Shown: positions 32,472 through 41,548 of the stretch, piece after piece
Layout: each line of letters starts with the position of its first letter
Position numbering within the stretch: the first letter of the stretch is position 1
Origin: Marinilabiliales bacterium
GTDB lineage: Bacteria > Bacteroidota > Bacteroidia > Bacteroidales > PUMT01
Length of the DNA stretch: 64,000 nt
Assembly (NCBI GenBank): GCA_007695015.1
Contig: REEN01000064.1
Location: forward strand, 1,087 to 65,086
Direction: 5' to 3'
Position numbers and translations under genes: made by a program
The notes under the pieces: model-generated
What the model was told of the DNA's origin: nothing
The model's input: the letters and a program-made list of their open reading frames with translations, nothing else
Databases searched by the model: none

Positions 32472-33404
32472 ATGGAATTATTCTCTGCCAGGGAGGTATC
32501 AAAAAGCTTCGTAAATCACCGCGCTCTCGACAACGTCAGCATGTCGGTACCTGAAAAGAGTATCTACGGACTGCTGGGACCCAATGGTGCCGGCAAAACA
32601 ACCCTTATAAGAATAATCAACCAGATCACTGCACCCGATACGGGTGAGATCAGGCTGAACGGCCGCAGCCTCAAGCCTGGCGACATTTACCGCATCGGAT
32701 ACATGCCTGAGGAGAGGGGACTGTACAAAAAGATGAAGGTCGGAGAGCAGGCACTCTATTTCGCCAGACTCAAGGGGCTGGATAAAAAAACCGCCATGAA
32801 ACGGCTCAGGTACTGGTTTGAAAAGTTTGAAATCCAGAGCTGGTGGAATAAAAAAGTTGAGGAACTTTCCAAGGGTATGCAGCAGAAAGTACAGTTCATC
32901 ATCACCATCCTCCATGAACCGGAGCTGCTGATCTTTGATGAGCCATTCAGCGGTTTTGACCCTATCAATACCAACCTGCTCAAGAATGAAATAAACGGGA
33001 TAAGAGACCGGGGTGCCACGATTATTTTCTCAACACATAACATGAGCTCTGTAGAGGAGCTGTGCGACCACATCACCCTTATCAACAATTCAAAGTCGGT
33101 CATCGAAGGATCCGTTAACCATATCAGAAATCAGTTCAAACTTGATATCTACAGGATAGGATTTGAAGGTGATGCTCAAAAGCTTTACGATATTCTCAGT
33201 CCCGCCTACGAGGTGCTGGAACTTACCGGGGGGCCGGGCGGGCACCACGCAAGGATCAAGGTGCACAGCAAAAGTACTGACAACATGCTGCTGAAGCTGT
33301 TAATGCCCCATTTTCACATAACCTCATTCACAGAGGAGATCCCGTCGATGAACGATATTTTCATAGATCTGGTCAGCCAGCAGAAAACTAAGGTAAACAA
33401 TTAA
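32472..33404 (+). CDS. ABC transporter ATP-binding protein (ABC-2/NatA-like)
   Basis: Walker A GPNGAGKTT, signature LSKGMQQK, Walker B LLIFDEPFSGFD and H-loop STHNM, with an extra C-terminal domain. Confidence 0.9.
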   Translation: MELFSAREVSKSFVNHRALDNVSMSVPEKSIYGLLGPNGAGKTTLIRIINQITAPDTGEIRLNGRSLKPGDIYRIGYMPEERGLYKKMKVGEQALYFARLKGLDKKTAMKRLRYWFEKFEIQSWWNKKVEELSKGMQQKVQFIITILHEPELLIFDEPFSGFDPINTNLLKNEINGIRDRGATIIFSTHNMSSVEELCDHITLINNSKSVIEGSVNHIRNQFKLDIYRIGFEGDAQKLYDILSPAYEVLELTGGPGGHHARIKVHSKSTDNMLLKLLMPHFHITSFTEEIPSMNDIFIDLVSQQKTKVNN

Positions 33405-33415
33405 ACCCTCCTGAG

Positions 33416-34765
33416 ATGACATCCAAAAGTTCAATTGTGATTGCAAGGGAGTACCTGACCAGGGTCAGGAAAAAGTCATTCATTATCATGACCATACTCG
33501 GACCCATCCTGTTTGCAGCGGTAATAGTGGGTCCGGCCTGGTTTGCAACTTTGGAGGACAGGGAGGTCAGGGTTGTTGCAGTTATTGACAGCTCAAAGCT
33601 CTTTATCGGCCAGCTGCCGGAAACCGATTACCTCAGATTTGAATACCTGGAACACACAACTGTCGAAGAACTGCGCGAAAAATTTGACGACACAGATTAT
33701 TATGCCGTGCTGTATATAGCACATATAATTGCATCCACCCCTTCGGCGGTGCAGCTAATGTCCGACCGCCAGCCAGGCATGAATGTAAGAATGCATATCG
33801 CCAATGCACTGGAAAAGGAGCTTGAAAGGCAAAAGCTTGCAGCATATGATATTGAAGATATCGACAGGATACTGGAGTCGGTCAAAACCCGTGTCAGTAT
33901 CAGGACCATTATCTGGCAGGACGACGGTGGTGAGAAAGAGAGCTATTCAGAACTGGCCATGATAGTCGGGTATGTCGGCGGCTTCCTTATCTACTTCTTC
34001 ATCTTCCTTTTTGGTGCCCAGGTAATGAGAGGCGTCATTGAGGAAAAATCCAGCCGGGTGGTTGAAATCATTGTATCTTCGGTCAGGCCTTTTCAGCTGA
34101 TGCTGGGTAAGATCGTGGGTATCGGACTTGTGGGGCTGACCCAGTTCCTGCTTTGGGTAATTCTCAGCGTTGTGCTGGTAGTAGCGTCACAGCAGCTTTT
34201 CTTTCCTGACATTGGCACCCCTTCATCAGAAACCGTGGTTGCTGAGGAGCTTTTTACTTCAGGCACCCTGCAGCAATCACAGCCGGTTACAGATGATGCT
34301 CATGACAGGTTCGGCGAAATGTTCGCATCAATTTCGTCGATCAACTTCAGTGTCATGCTGCTCTCATTCCTGTTCTACTTCCTGGGGGGTTACCTTCTGT
34401 ATGCTTCGCTCTTTGCTGCAATTGGATCGGCGGTTGACAACGAAACAGACACCCAGCAGTTCATGCTGCCGATAACAATTCCCCTGATCATCTCCATCAT
34501 TGTGATGATGAACGCCATAATGAACCCCTACGGACCGATCGCTTTCTGGTTCTCAATAATACCCTTTACATCGCCAATAATAATGATGGCAAGGATACCT
34601 TTTGGCGTGCCGTTCTGGGAAGTGGCTCTGTCGGCCGGCCTCCTTGTTGTCACTTTTATTTTTACCACCTGGCTGGCAGGAAAGATATACCGTACCGGCA
34701 TTCTTATGTACGGTAAAAAAGTCAATTACAAAGAGCTGTGGAAATGGATCAGGTACACCGGTTGA
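33416..34765 (+). CDS. ABC-2 family transporter permease (NatB-like, large extracytoplasmic loop after TM1)
   Basis: 449 aa with one N-terminal TM, a ~150-aa soluble region, then 5-6 TM helices. Starts 12 nt after the ATPase gene. Confidence 0.8.
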   Translation: MTSKSSIVIAREYLTRVRKKSFIIMTILGPILFAAVIVGPAWFATLEDREVRVVAVIDSSKLFIGQLPETDYLRFEYLEHTTVEELREKFDDTDYYAVLYIAHIIASTPSAVQLMSDRQPGMNVRMHIANALEKELERQKLAAYDIEDIDRILESVKTRVSIRTIIWQDDGGEKESYSELAMIVGYVGGFLIYFFIFLFGAQVMRGVIEEKSSRVVEIIVSSVRPFQLMLGKIVGIGLVGLTQFLLWVILSVVLVVASQQLFFPDIGTPSSETVVAEELFTSGTLQQSQPVTDDAHDRFGEMFASISSINFSVMLLSFLFYFLGGYLLYASLFAAIGSAVDNETDTQQFMLPITIPLIISIIVMMNAIMNPYGPIAFWFSIIPFTSPIIMMARIPFGVPFWEVALSAGLLVVTFIFTTWLAGKIYRTGILMYGKKVNYKELWKWIRYTG

Positions 34766-34803
34766 ATGCAGTCCGGGACCTCATGGATCAGATAGAAACA
34801 GTG

Positions 34804-34838
34804 AACCGGCAGTTATGAACCAATCAGCCGGTTTTTTG
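34804..34838 (+). terminator. candidate intrinsic terminator after the ABC permease gene
   Basis: Stem aaccggc (34804-34810) / gccggtt (34827-33) followed by a T-run (ggttttttg). The loop is rather large (16 nt). Confidence 0.4.
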
Positions 34839-34874
34839 TTTAATATATTTGATAAATCACTATAACGGGCACAA

Positions 34875-35813
34875 ATGATCTACGCAATTCTCGACCTTGG
34901 TACAAATACTTTCAACCTGCTGATCATACAGACAGCAGCAAACAACACCAGGAAAATCCTGCTCAGCCGTAAGGAGCCTGTCAAGCTGGGTGAAGACGGT
35001 ATAACAAAAGGCTTAATCAGCGAAAAGGCTTTTAACAGGGGCCTGAGTGCCATAGAGAGCCACATGAAGTATATACACGACTATCAGGCTGAACATATCT
35101 TTGCATATGCAACATCGGCAATCCGCTCGGCCGGTAACGGACTTGAGTTTGTACGTTTGGTTTATGAAAGGTTCAATATAGGAATACAGGTGATATCGGG
35201 CGACAAAGAGGCCGAACTTATCTACCGGGGTGTAAGGCAGGCCGTCAATATGGGTAACACCAAACACCTTGTGCTTGATATAGGCGGAGGCAGCAATGAA
35301 CTGATCATAGCAGACGGCAGGAAGATCTACTGGAAAAAAAGTTTCCCATTGGGAATGGCAAGGCTGCTCGAACAGTTCAGGCCCTCCGACCCGGTAACGG
35401 AAGAAGAGATAAGATTATTTGAGAACCACTTCGAAAATTCACTGGAATGTTTTCTGAAAGCCGCCCGGGAACACAAACCCGAAATACTCATAGGCTCATC
35501 AGGAAGTTTCGATACCTTCAAAGCGCTTCTGGCATCAGCCACTCAGACCTCTCCCGAAACTAATTCACCTGCTTTCAGCATCGATCCGGAAGATTTCCAT
35601 AAGCTGTACAGGCGGCTTCTGGAGTCAAATTCCGCCGAAAGGCTGGAAATGGAGGGAATGGACCCCATGAGAGTTGAAATGATTGTTATTGCCGCCATTT
35701 TTGTTAATTTTATCGTCAGACGCCTGGGCATACAGACAATGATCCAGTCCGATTACTCACTCAAAGAGGGGGCTGTATCGGAAATCATCGAAAGAAAGAT
35801 ACTGTCGGCATAG
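34875..35813 (+). CDS. Ppx/GppA-family phosphatase (exopolyphosphatase-like, short form)
   Basis: 312 aa with ASKHA-fold motifs ILDLGTNTFNLLI, ...ATSAIRSA.NG.EF... and VLDIGGGSNELI. Confidence 0.85.
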   Translation: MIYAILDLGTNTFNLLIIQTAANNTRKILLSRKEPVKLGEDGITKGLISEKAFNRGLSAIESHMKYIHDYQAEHIFAYATSAIRSAGNGLEFVRLVYERFNIGIQVISGDKEAELIYRGVRQAVNMGNTKHLVLDIGGGSNELIIADGRKIYWKKSFPLGMARLLEQFRPSDPVTEEEIRLFENHFENSLECFLKAAREHKPEILIGSSGSFDTFKALLASATQTSPETNSPAFSIDPEDFHKLYRRLLESNSAERLEMEGMDPMRVEMIVIAAIFVNFIVRRLGIQTMIQSDYSLKEGAVSEIIERKILSA

Positions 35814-35854
35814 AAGCTGTTTGATGCCCCGGCCTTTTGCAATAACAGTATACT

Positions 35855-37021
35855 ATGGCAAACATCCTTGTTATCGATGATGAAAAAAGCATCAGGAACT
35901 CCCTGAAGGAGGTGCTGGAATATGAAAAGCACACCATTGACCTCTCGGCCGATGGTGAAGAGGGCCTGGAACTCTGCAGGAAGAACAAATATGACGTTGT
36001 ACTGCTTGACATTAAAATGCCGGGTATTGACGGAATTGAAGTGCTTGACAAGATCATGGATGAGGCCACCGATATACCGGTAATCATGATTTCCGGCCAC
36101 GGCAATATCGATACTGCGGTAGAAGCTATCAAGAAAGGCGCCTACGATTTTATTGAAAAGCCACTTGACCTTAACAGGCTTCTGATAACCATCAGGAACG
36201 CCCTCGACAAATCCGAGCTGATAACAGAGACCAGGGCACTCAAAAGAAAAGTGAGCAAGACCTGCGATATGGTGGGAGAATCCCCGCCTATGCGCAAGGT
36301 AAAAGAGATGATCGACCGTGTTGCCACCACCGATGCCAGGGTCTTGATAACCGGCAGGAACGGAACTGGCAAGGAGCTGGTTGCCAGGTGGCTGCATGAA
36401 AAGAGCAACCGTGCGTCACAACCCTTCGTAGAGGTCAACTGTGCTGCCATCCCCTCCGAGCTGATAGAGAGTGAGCTGTTCGGGCATGAAAAGGGCGCCT
36501 TCACCTCTGCCCACAAGGACAGAAAGGGCAAGTTCGAGCAGGCAAACAATGGCACCATCTTTCTCGACGAGATAGGCGACATGAGCCTGGCGGCACAGGC
36601 AAAGGTACTCAGGGTGCTCCAGGAAAACCGTCTCTCCCCCGTAGGCAGTGACAAGGATATAAAGGTAGATGTCAGGGTGATAGCAGCCACCAACAAGAAC
36701 ATGAAAGAGGAGATCGCTGCAAACCGGTTCAGGGAAGACCTCTACCACAGGCTGAGCGTGATCCTGATAAACGTGCCTACGCTGAACGAGCGGACAGAAG
36801 ACATACCTCTGCTGGCCGAGCATTTCAACGAACAGATATGCGGTGAATACGGCATGCAGAAGAAGATCATTACCGAAGAGGCCATCGCCGAACTGCAGAA
36901 GATAACATGGACCGGCAACATACGGGAGTTCAGGAATGTACTGGAGAGACTTATAATACTGTGCGACAAGGATATAACAGCAGAAGACGTGACATCTTAC
37001 TCCCAGCCTATCTCAAGGTAG
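35855..37021 (+). CDS. sigma-54-dependent response regulator (receiver + AAA+), no C-terminal HTH
   Basis: Receiver domain (ILVIDDE...VVLLDIKMPGIDG), Walker A GRNGTGKE, ESELFGHEKGAFTSA (variant GAFTGA loop) and Walker B IFLDEIGDM. The ORF ends right after the AAA+ lid. Confidence 0.88.
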   Translation: MANILVIDDEKSIRNSLKEVLEYEKHTIDLSADGEEGLELCRKNKYDVVLLDIKMPGIDGIEVLDKIMDEATDIPVIMISGHGNIDTAVEAIKKGAYDFIEKPLDLNRLLITIRNALDKSELITETRALKRKVSKTCDMVGESPPMRKVKEMIDRVATTDARVLITGRNGTGKELVARWLHEKSNRASQPFVEVNCAAIPSELIESELFGHEKGAFTSAHKDRKGKFEQANNGTIFLDEIGDMSLAAQAKVLRVLQENRLSPVGSDKDIKVDVRVIAATNKNMKEEIAANRFREDLYHRLSVILINVPTLNERTEDIPLLAEHFNEQICGEYGMQKKIITEEAIAELQKITWTGNIREFRNVLERLIILCDKDITAEDVTSYSQPISR

Positions 37022-37061
37022 GACGGCAACGGACGATCCGGTTACCGGAAAAACAGACTAT

Positions 37062-38504
37062 ATGAGAACCGAAAAGGATTTTCTCGGCGAAAAAGAGCTG
37101 CCCCGGGATGCCCTATACGGCATTCACTCTGCGAGGGCGGCTGATAACTTCCCCTGCCAGGTGCCATTCCATGCCGAATGGTACAGTGCAATGGGACTTA
37201 CCAAGCTTGCATGTTACCGTACATGCCGTTCCTTCATCAGGGCCGCGGCCGGAAAATACGGCAGGATGCCTGAAACCGTCGCCACAGTGGGCGAAGAGAT
37301 CCTTGACAACCTCGAGGCATCGGCATCCGAAGTAGCAGCCGGCAAGCATTTCGGCCATTTCATAGTACCTGCAATACAGGGAGGCGCCGGCACCAGCATA
37401 AACATGAATGTCAACGAGATAATAGCCAATGCCGCGCTTGTCAGGATGGGTTCCCTTCCGGGGAATTACACGCTGGTCGATCCCATTGAACACGCCAATA
37501 TTTACCAGAGCACCAACGATGTGGTGCCCACTGCACTCAGGGTGGCGGTAATGAAGCTTCTCCTGGAACTCGAAGAGTGTATAAACAAACTTCGGGCCTC
37601 GGTAGAAAAGGCAGAAACCCTTCACCGCTCGAGTATCCGCATCGCCTACACGCAGATGCAGGCAGCTGTGCCCTCATCCTGGGGAATGTTGCTGGGTGCA
37701 TATAACGAAGCTTTGTCGAGAGACTGGTGGAGGGTGTCCAAATGCATCGAGAGGATAAAAACCGTTAACCTGGGAGGCAGTGCAGCAGGTACGGGTATTG
37801 CCGTGCCCAGGTACTTTATCATGGAAGTGGTGCCCGAACTGCAGAGGCTGACCGGACTGCCCGTTGCCCGTAGCGAGAACATGCCCGATGCCACATCGAA
37901 CCACGACAGCCTTGTCGAGGTGCACGCCATCATCAAGTCCTGCGCAGTCAATTTTGAAAAGATGGTCTCCGACCTGCGCCTGCTGGCATCCGACGTTGCA
38001 GGCAGCGGCGAGGTTACCCTGCCCCGGCTGCAGGCCGGAAGCTCGGTAATGCCCGGTAAGGTCAACCCCGTCATTCCCGAATTTGTGATAAGCGCCTCCC
38101 GCAAAGTATATTCCAACGACCAGCTCATAACCTCGCTTGCCGCATCGGGTTGCCTTGACCTTAACGCATATATACCCCTGATCGGGCATGCCATGATAGA
38201 AAGCCTTAAGCTGCTTATCGCAGCGGCAGAATCAATGACCGGCAAGCTTTTCGAACAGTTGGCCATTGACGGGCGGGTGTCCGAAGCCAGGCTTCTCGCC
38301 AGTCCCTCGGTAACCACCGCGCTTGTCCCTTTCATCGGCTATAACAGCGCCGGGCAGCTTGCAGTGCTCATGAAGGAGAAGGGTATCGACATTTACGCGG
38401 CAAACGACGAACTCCGGCTTATCGACCGGGAACGGCTGGCCGGGATACTTAAACCTTCAAACCTCCTCAAAATGGGATTCTCGCTCGACGACCTGCCCGG
38501 TTGA
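37062..38504 (+). CDS. aspA: aspartate ammonia-lyase-like enzyme (fumarase/aspartase class II lyase family)
   Basis: 480 aa with EKDFLGEKELPRDALYGIHSARAADNF (aspartase-type YG rather than fumarase WGAQTQRS), GGAGTSINMNVNEIIAN, YQSTNDVVPTA and SS-loop GSSVMPGKVNPV. Confidence 0.65.
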   Translation: MRTEKDFLGEKELPRDALYGIHSARAADNFPCQVPFHAEWYSAMGLTKLACYRTCRSFIRAAAGKYGRMPETVATVGEEILDNLEASASEVAAGKHFGHFIVPAIQGGAGTSINMNVNEIIANAALVRMGSLPGNYTLVDPIEHANIYQSTNDVVPTALRVAVMKLLLELEECINKLRASVEKAETLHRSSIRIAYTQMQAAVPSSWGMLLGAYNEALSRDWWRVSKCIERIKTVNLGGSAAGTGIAVPRYFIMEVVPELQRLTGLPVARSENMPDATSNHDSLVEVHAIIKSCAVNFEKMVSDLRLLASDVAGSGEVTLPRLQAGSSVMPGKVNPVIPEFVISASRKVYSNDQLITSLAASGCLDLNAYIPLIGHAMIESLKLLIAAAESMTGKLFEQLAIDGRVSEARLLASPSVTTALVPFIGYNSAGQLAVLMKEKGIDIYAANDELRLIDRERLAGILKPSNLLKMGFSLDDLPG

Positions 38505-38537
38505 TAATGTTTTAATTTTTTTCTTTAGTTTTGAAAA

Positions 38538-39467
38538 ATGCAAAGGCTTTTCCGTATCCTGCTCTACCTGTCGCTGCTCTTCTTTGCCTGGTACCTTTAT
38601 CGTGCCGAGTATATTGTCTTCAGGGGCCTGTCCCCTGACCCGTTGCTGCTTACGCTTTCTCTGCTTCTGCTTTTTGCAGGCTTTGTGACAGGGGGAGTGA
38701 GCTGGGCAGTTGCCATGCGGCAGGAGGGTTATCAGGAAGGAACCCTCAGGGCGGTCATATCGCACGGATTGTACATTTTCTCAAAATATATCCCCGGGAA
38801 GTTCTGGGTCGTACTGGGCCGTGCATCATACATCAGCTCCAACAAACCGCATATGAAGCAACTCTCGCTTGCATCACTGCAGGAGCAATTGTTGTTTGTA
38901 TGGTGGGGTATGATACTGAGCCTGCCGCCTACATTCTTTCTCCTGCAGAGGCCATGGATCGGTGTCGTTATTTTCGGGGGACTGCTGCTGTTGTCATTCC
39001 TGCTTTTCTCAGGGTGGTTCCACAGGAACTCCGGGTGGGCTTTGGAAAAAGTGCTGAAAAAGGAGTTCAGTTTCAGGCCGATGAAATTCTCTTTCTTTAT
39101 GCGGGTCAGCATTCCTGTACTGATTTTCTGGCTCCTTTGGTCAGCCGGGTTCTGGCTGCTGCTGCTTTCATTACACGGAATTGCGGGCCCGGGAACTGCC
39201 GGATTTGCGGGCCCCCTTACAGCGCTTGCCTGGCCCGCAGCCATGACTTACGGTTTTGTGGTGGTATTCCTGCCGGCCGGAGTGGGTGTCAGGGAAGGAA
39301 TCCTGGTCTCATTCCTGGTCGCCGGGGGGATGGAACCCCAGGGTGCAGTAACATTCTCAGTCATCTCACGATTCTGGTTCGTTACGGGCGAAGTGTTCAT
39401 TTTTCTTCTTGCCGCCTCCCTTAAAGCCTTAAGCTCAGGAAAATCAAGCGTAAAATTGTCCCGATAA
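38538..39467 (+). CDS. polytopic membrane protein, UPF0104 / lysylphosphatidylglycerol-synthase-TM-like (flippase-like) domain
   Basis: 309 aa with ~8 TM helices and a C-terminal LPAGVGVREGILVSFL resembling the PGG.GVRE motif of that family. Assignment tentative. Confidence 0.5.
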   Translation: MQRLFRILLYLSLLFFAWYLYRAEYIVFRGLSPDPLLLTLSLLLLFAGFVTGGVSWAVAMRQEGYQEGTLRAVISHGLYIFSKYIPGKFWVVLGRASYISSNKPHMKQLSLASLQEQLLFVWWGMILSLPPTFFLLQRPWIGVVIFGGLLLLSFLLFSGWFHRNSGWALEKVLKKEFSFRPMKFSFFMRVSIPVLIFWLLWSAGFWLLLLSLHGIAGPGTAGFAGPLTALAWPAAMTYGFVVVFLPAGVGVREGILVSFLVAGGMEPQGAVTFSVISRFWFVTGEVFIFLLAASLKALSSGKSSVKLSR

Positions 39468-39530
39468 GAACATCAATCAGGATTAAACCAAAAACCGGTC
39501 TGCATTGCCGGATTTCCCGGGTTCCTTTTA

Positions 39531-39962
39531 TCAAAGTTCAACAGTGAGCACACTCCCGTCCCGGGTAATTGAATAGCTTCTTACCGCAGTTGTCGCAGGC
39601 CCTGTGACTACCGCACCATCTGCAGAAAATACCGACCCGTGACACGGACAGGGAAAATTGCCGTTTGAGTGGTTGTAGGTTATCTGACAGCCGGCATGGG
39701 TGCATACCGAAGACAATGCCACAAAATGGTCATCCCCGGTGTTGGCAATGATTATATTATTGATAATAATGGCATTGCCTGCTGTATTTAACAACGAATA
39801 GTCCTGGTCAGCCAGGTCAATGACTATGTCGTTTCCATTCCCGTTACCACCAGGCGGGTCAGGATCGTTATTATCATCCTTGCTGCACGACACAACAGTG
39901 ACGGGAATTATAACTGCGGCACCCGCCTTCATGGTTCTTAGCAAAAACTCCCTTCTTTCCAT
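39531..39962 (-). CDS. small Rieske [2Fe-2S] lipoprotein with twin-arginine signal
   Basis: 143 aa with MERREFLLRT (Tat motif), lipobox ...TVVSC, box I CTHAGC and box II CPCHGS. Confidence 0.85.
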   Translation of the reverse strand: MERREFLLRTMKAGAAVIIPVTVVSCSKDDNNDPDPPGGNGNGNDIVIDLADQDYSLLNTAGNAIIINNIIIANTGDDHFVALSSVCTHAGCQITYNHSNGNFPCPCHGSVFSADGAVVTGPATTAVRSYSITRDGSVLTVEL

Positions 39963-40008
39963 AAATTATATTTTTATTTCACATATCGTTAAAATGCACC
40001 GCAAAACA

Positions 40009-40872
40009 TCATAAATAAAAAACACGGGTAATCATAAACCCGAAAAACATATCCCCATCCTGCCATTGCCTATTTGTATTTACAAGCCAGGCCTTATCTG
40101 ATATCCCTTGTGTATTGGAGAAGAAGAGCTGAAAGACATGACCTCCGGTCTCGATGTCAAAACCTACTGAGAGTGGGTTGGTGCGGTTGACACCATCCTT
40201 AACGACCGGGTGGATATATTCGATGTTAAGGTGTGTCATGGGGGTCAGCCTCAGCCGTGCAGCTGCTCCCAATGAAAGATGGTTGACCGGCCCCATGGTT
40301 TCAGGCATATAGTTGCTTCTTAAGAAAATAGAACTGATCTGAAGTGAAAAGAGCTCTGAGAATTTCCTGCTCACCATCAGATTATGAACAAAACTCATTT
40401 TGTCAATGAAATTGTCATATTCTTCGGGGTAGATGTTTCGTATTGTCGGCTGCGAGGCGGCGGCGTAATATGTAAGGCTGAAAGGATAACTGAGCCTTCC
40501 TTCCTGTGTGATTAACCTCGCCTTTAGATAACCATCCCAGGTTTTCTGGAATGTACTGCGCCCGGTACCTGCAGCCAGCCATGAATTTATGCCGTAATCC
40601 AGTCCCAGCCTTATAGTTGCAATATCCAGCCCGAACATATCGTAGAAACCCGAACGAACATTCCCGAAACGGTGTCCAACAGTAAATACAAGTTCGCCGG
40701 CATAAGGATTTTCAACCGATTGCATATTGACAACCCGGGTACTCCTGAAAGTTTTAATGGGCAGGCTTACAGTATCATCCCATCCCCCCAGCTGATCAAA
40801 CATGTCATCGGTTATCTGGGCCATGACCATTGAACCAGTCAGCATCAAGGTTAATACAGCTAATGTCTTCAT
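40009..40872 (-). CDS. predicted outer-membrane beta-barrel protein (DUF5777-like)
   Basis: 287 aa with signal peptide MKTLAVLTLMLTGSMVMA|Q, alternating amphipathic strands and an aromatic C-terminus (...ITRVFYL). The DUF5777 label is from memory of family and neighbourhood and is unverified. Confidence 0.55.
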   Translation of the reverse strand: MKTLAVLTLMLTGSMVMAQITDDMFDQLGGWDDTVSLPIKTFRSTRVVNMQSVENPYAGELVFTVGHRFGNVRSGFYDMFGLDIATIRLGLDYGINSWLAAGTGRSTFQKTWDGYLKARLITQEGRLSYPFSLTYYAAASQPTIRNIYPEEYDNFIDKMSFVHNLMVSRKFSELFSLQISSIFLRSNYMPETMGPVNHLSLGAAARLRLTPMTHLNIEYIHPVVKDGVNRTNPLSVGFDIETGGHVFQLFFSNTQGISDKAWLVNTNRQWQDGDMFFGFMITRVFYL

Positions 40873-40880
40873 ATTGATGG

Positions 40881-41474
40881 TCAGTTTAAAGGGGCCAGCC
40901 TTAAATCCACTGTAACCTCAACCACTTCGGCTATGTTACGGACCAGCATCCTGGGAATTCTGATATTATAATCTTCGAGCCTTATGGGAAAAACTGCATG
41001 GCACACATAATGGGGGCCCGACCTTCTGAACGATCCTTTAACCACCACCTCCCTGGTTACACCCCTGATGGTCATATTTCCGGCAACTGTTACTTCATCA
41101 GGATACGCATTATCGGTAAATTCATCAAAACCTTGTATGTATCCCTCAAAGCGGGCTTCGGGATAATCATGCGAATCCATATAGTTTTCATTGAAATGCT
41201 TCTGCATGAGAGACCTTCTGAACTGAAAGTCCTCAATCCTCATTCTTACGGCGATCTCTCCGGATCCATTGTCAAGAATGGCATGCACCCTGTCGTTTAC
41301 AGCCTCTATATTTTCAAGCGGTGCGGAAGAAAAAAAAGAGATCGTCCCTTCGCGGGTAAAGTGATTGATTTGGGCAATCCCGGAAAAAGCCATTGCAGAG
41401 GTTAGGGCAAGTATAGCAAAAACGGTTTTAATACGAATACCGTTTTGTCTGCTGAAGGCTGATGAGGTTTTCAT
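40881..41474 (-). CDS. YceI-like periplasmic (lipid/polyisoprenoid-binding) protein
   Basis: 197 aa with a signal peptide ending ...SGIA|Q, ISFFSSAPLENIEAVN... and a lipocalin-like length and pattern typical of YceI. Confidence 0.7.
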   Translation of the reverse strand: MKTSSAFSRQNGIRIKTVFAILALTSAMAFSGIAQINHFTREGTISFFSSAPLENIEAVNDRVHAILDNGSGEIAVRMRIEDFQFRRSLMQKHFNENYMDSHDYPEARFEGYIQGFDEFTDNAYPDEVTVAGNMTIRGVTREVVVKGSFRRSGPHYVCHAVFPIRLEDYNIRIPRMLVRNIAEVVEVTVDLRLAPLN

Positions 41475-41548
41475 GCGGGCTTTATGAATTAAACAAACCT
41501 GCCCTTGGCTTTGTTCAGCCGGTCATAATATATTTACCAGTAATTGTG

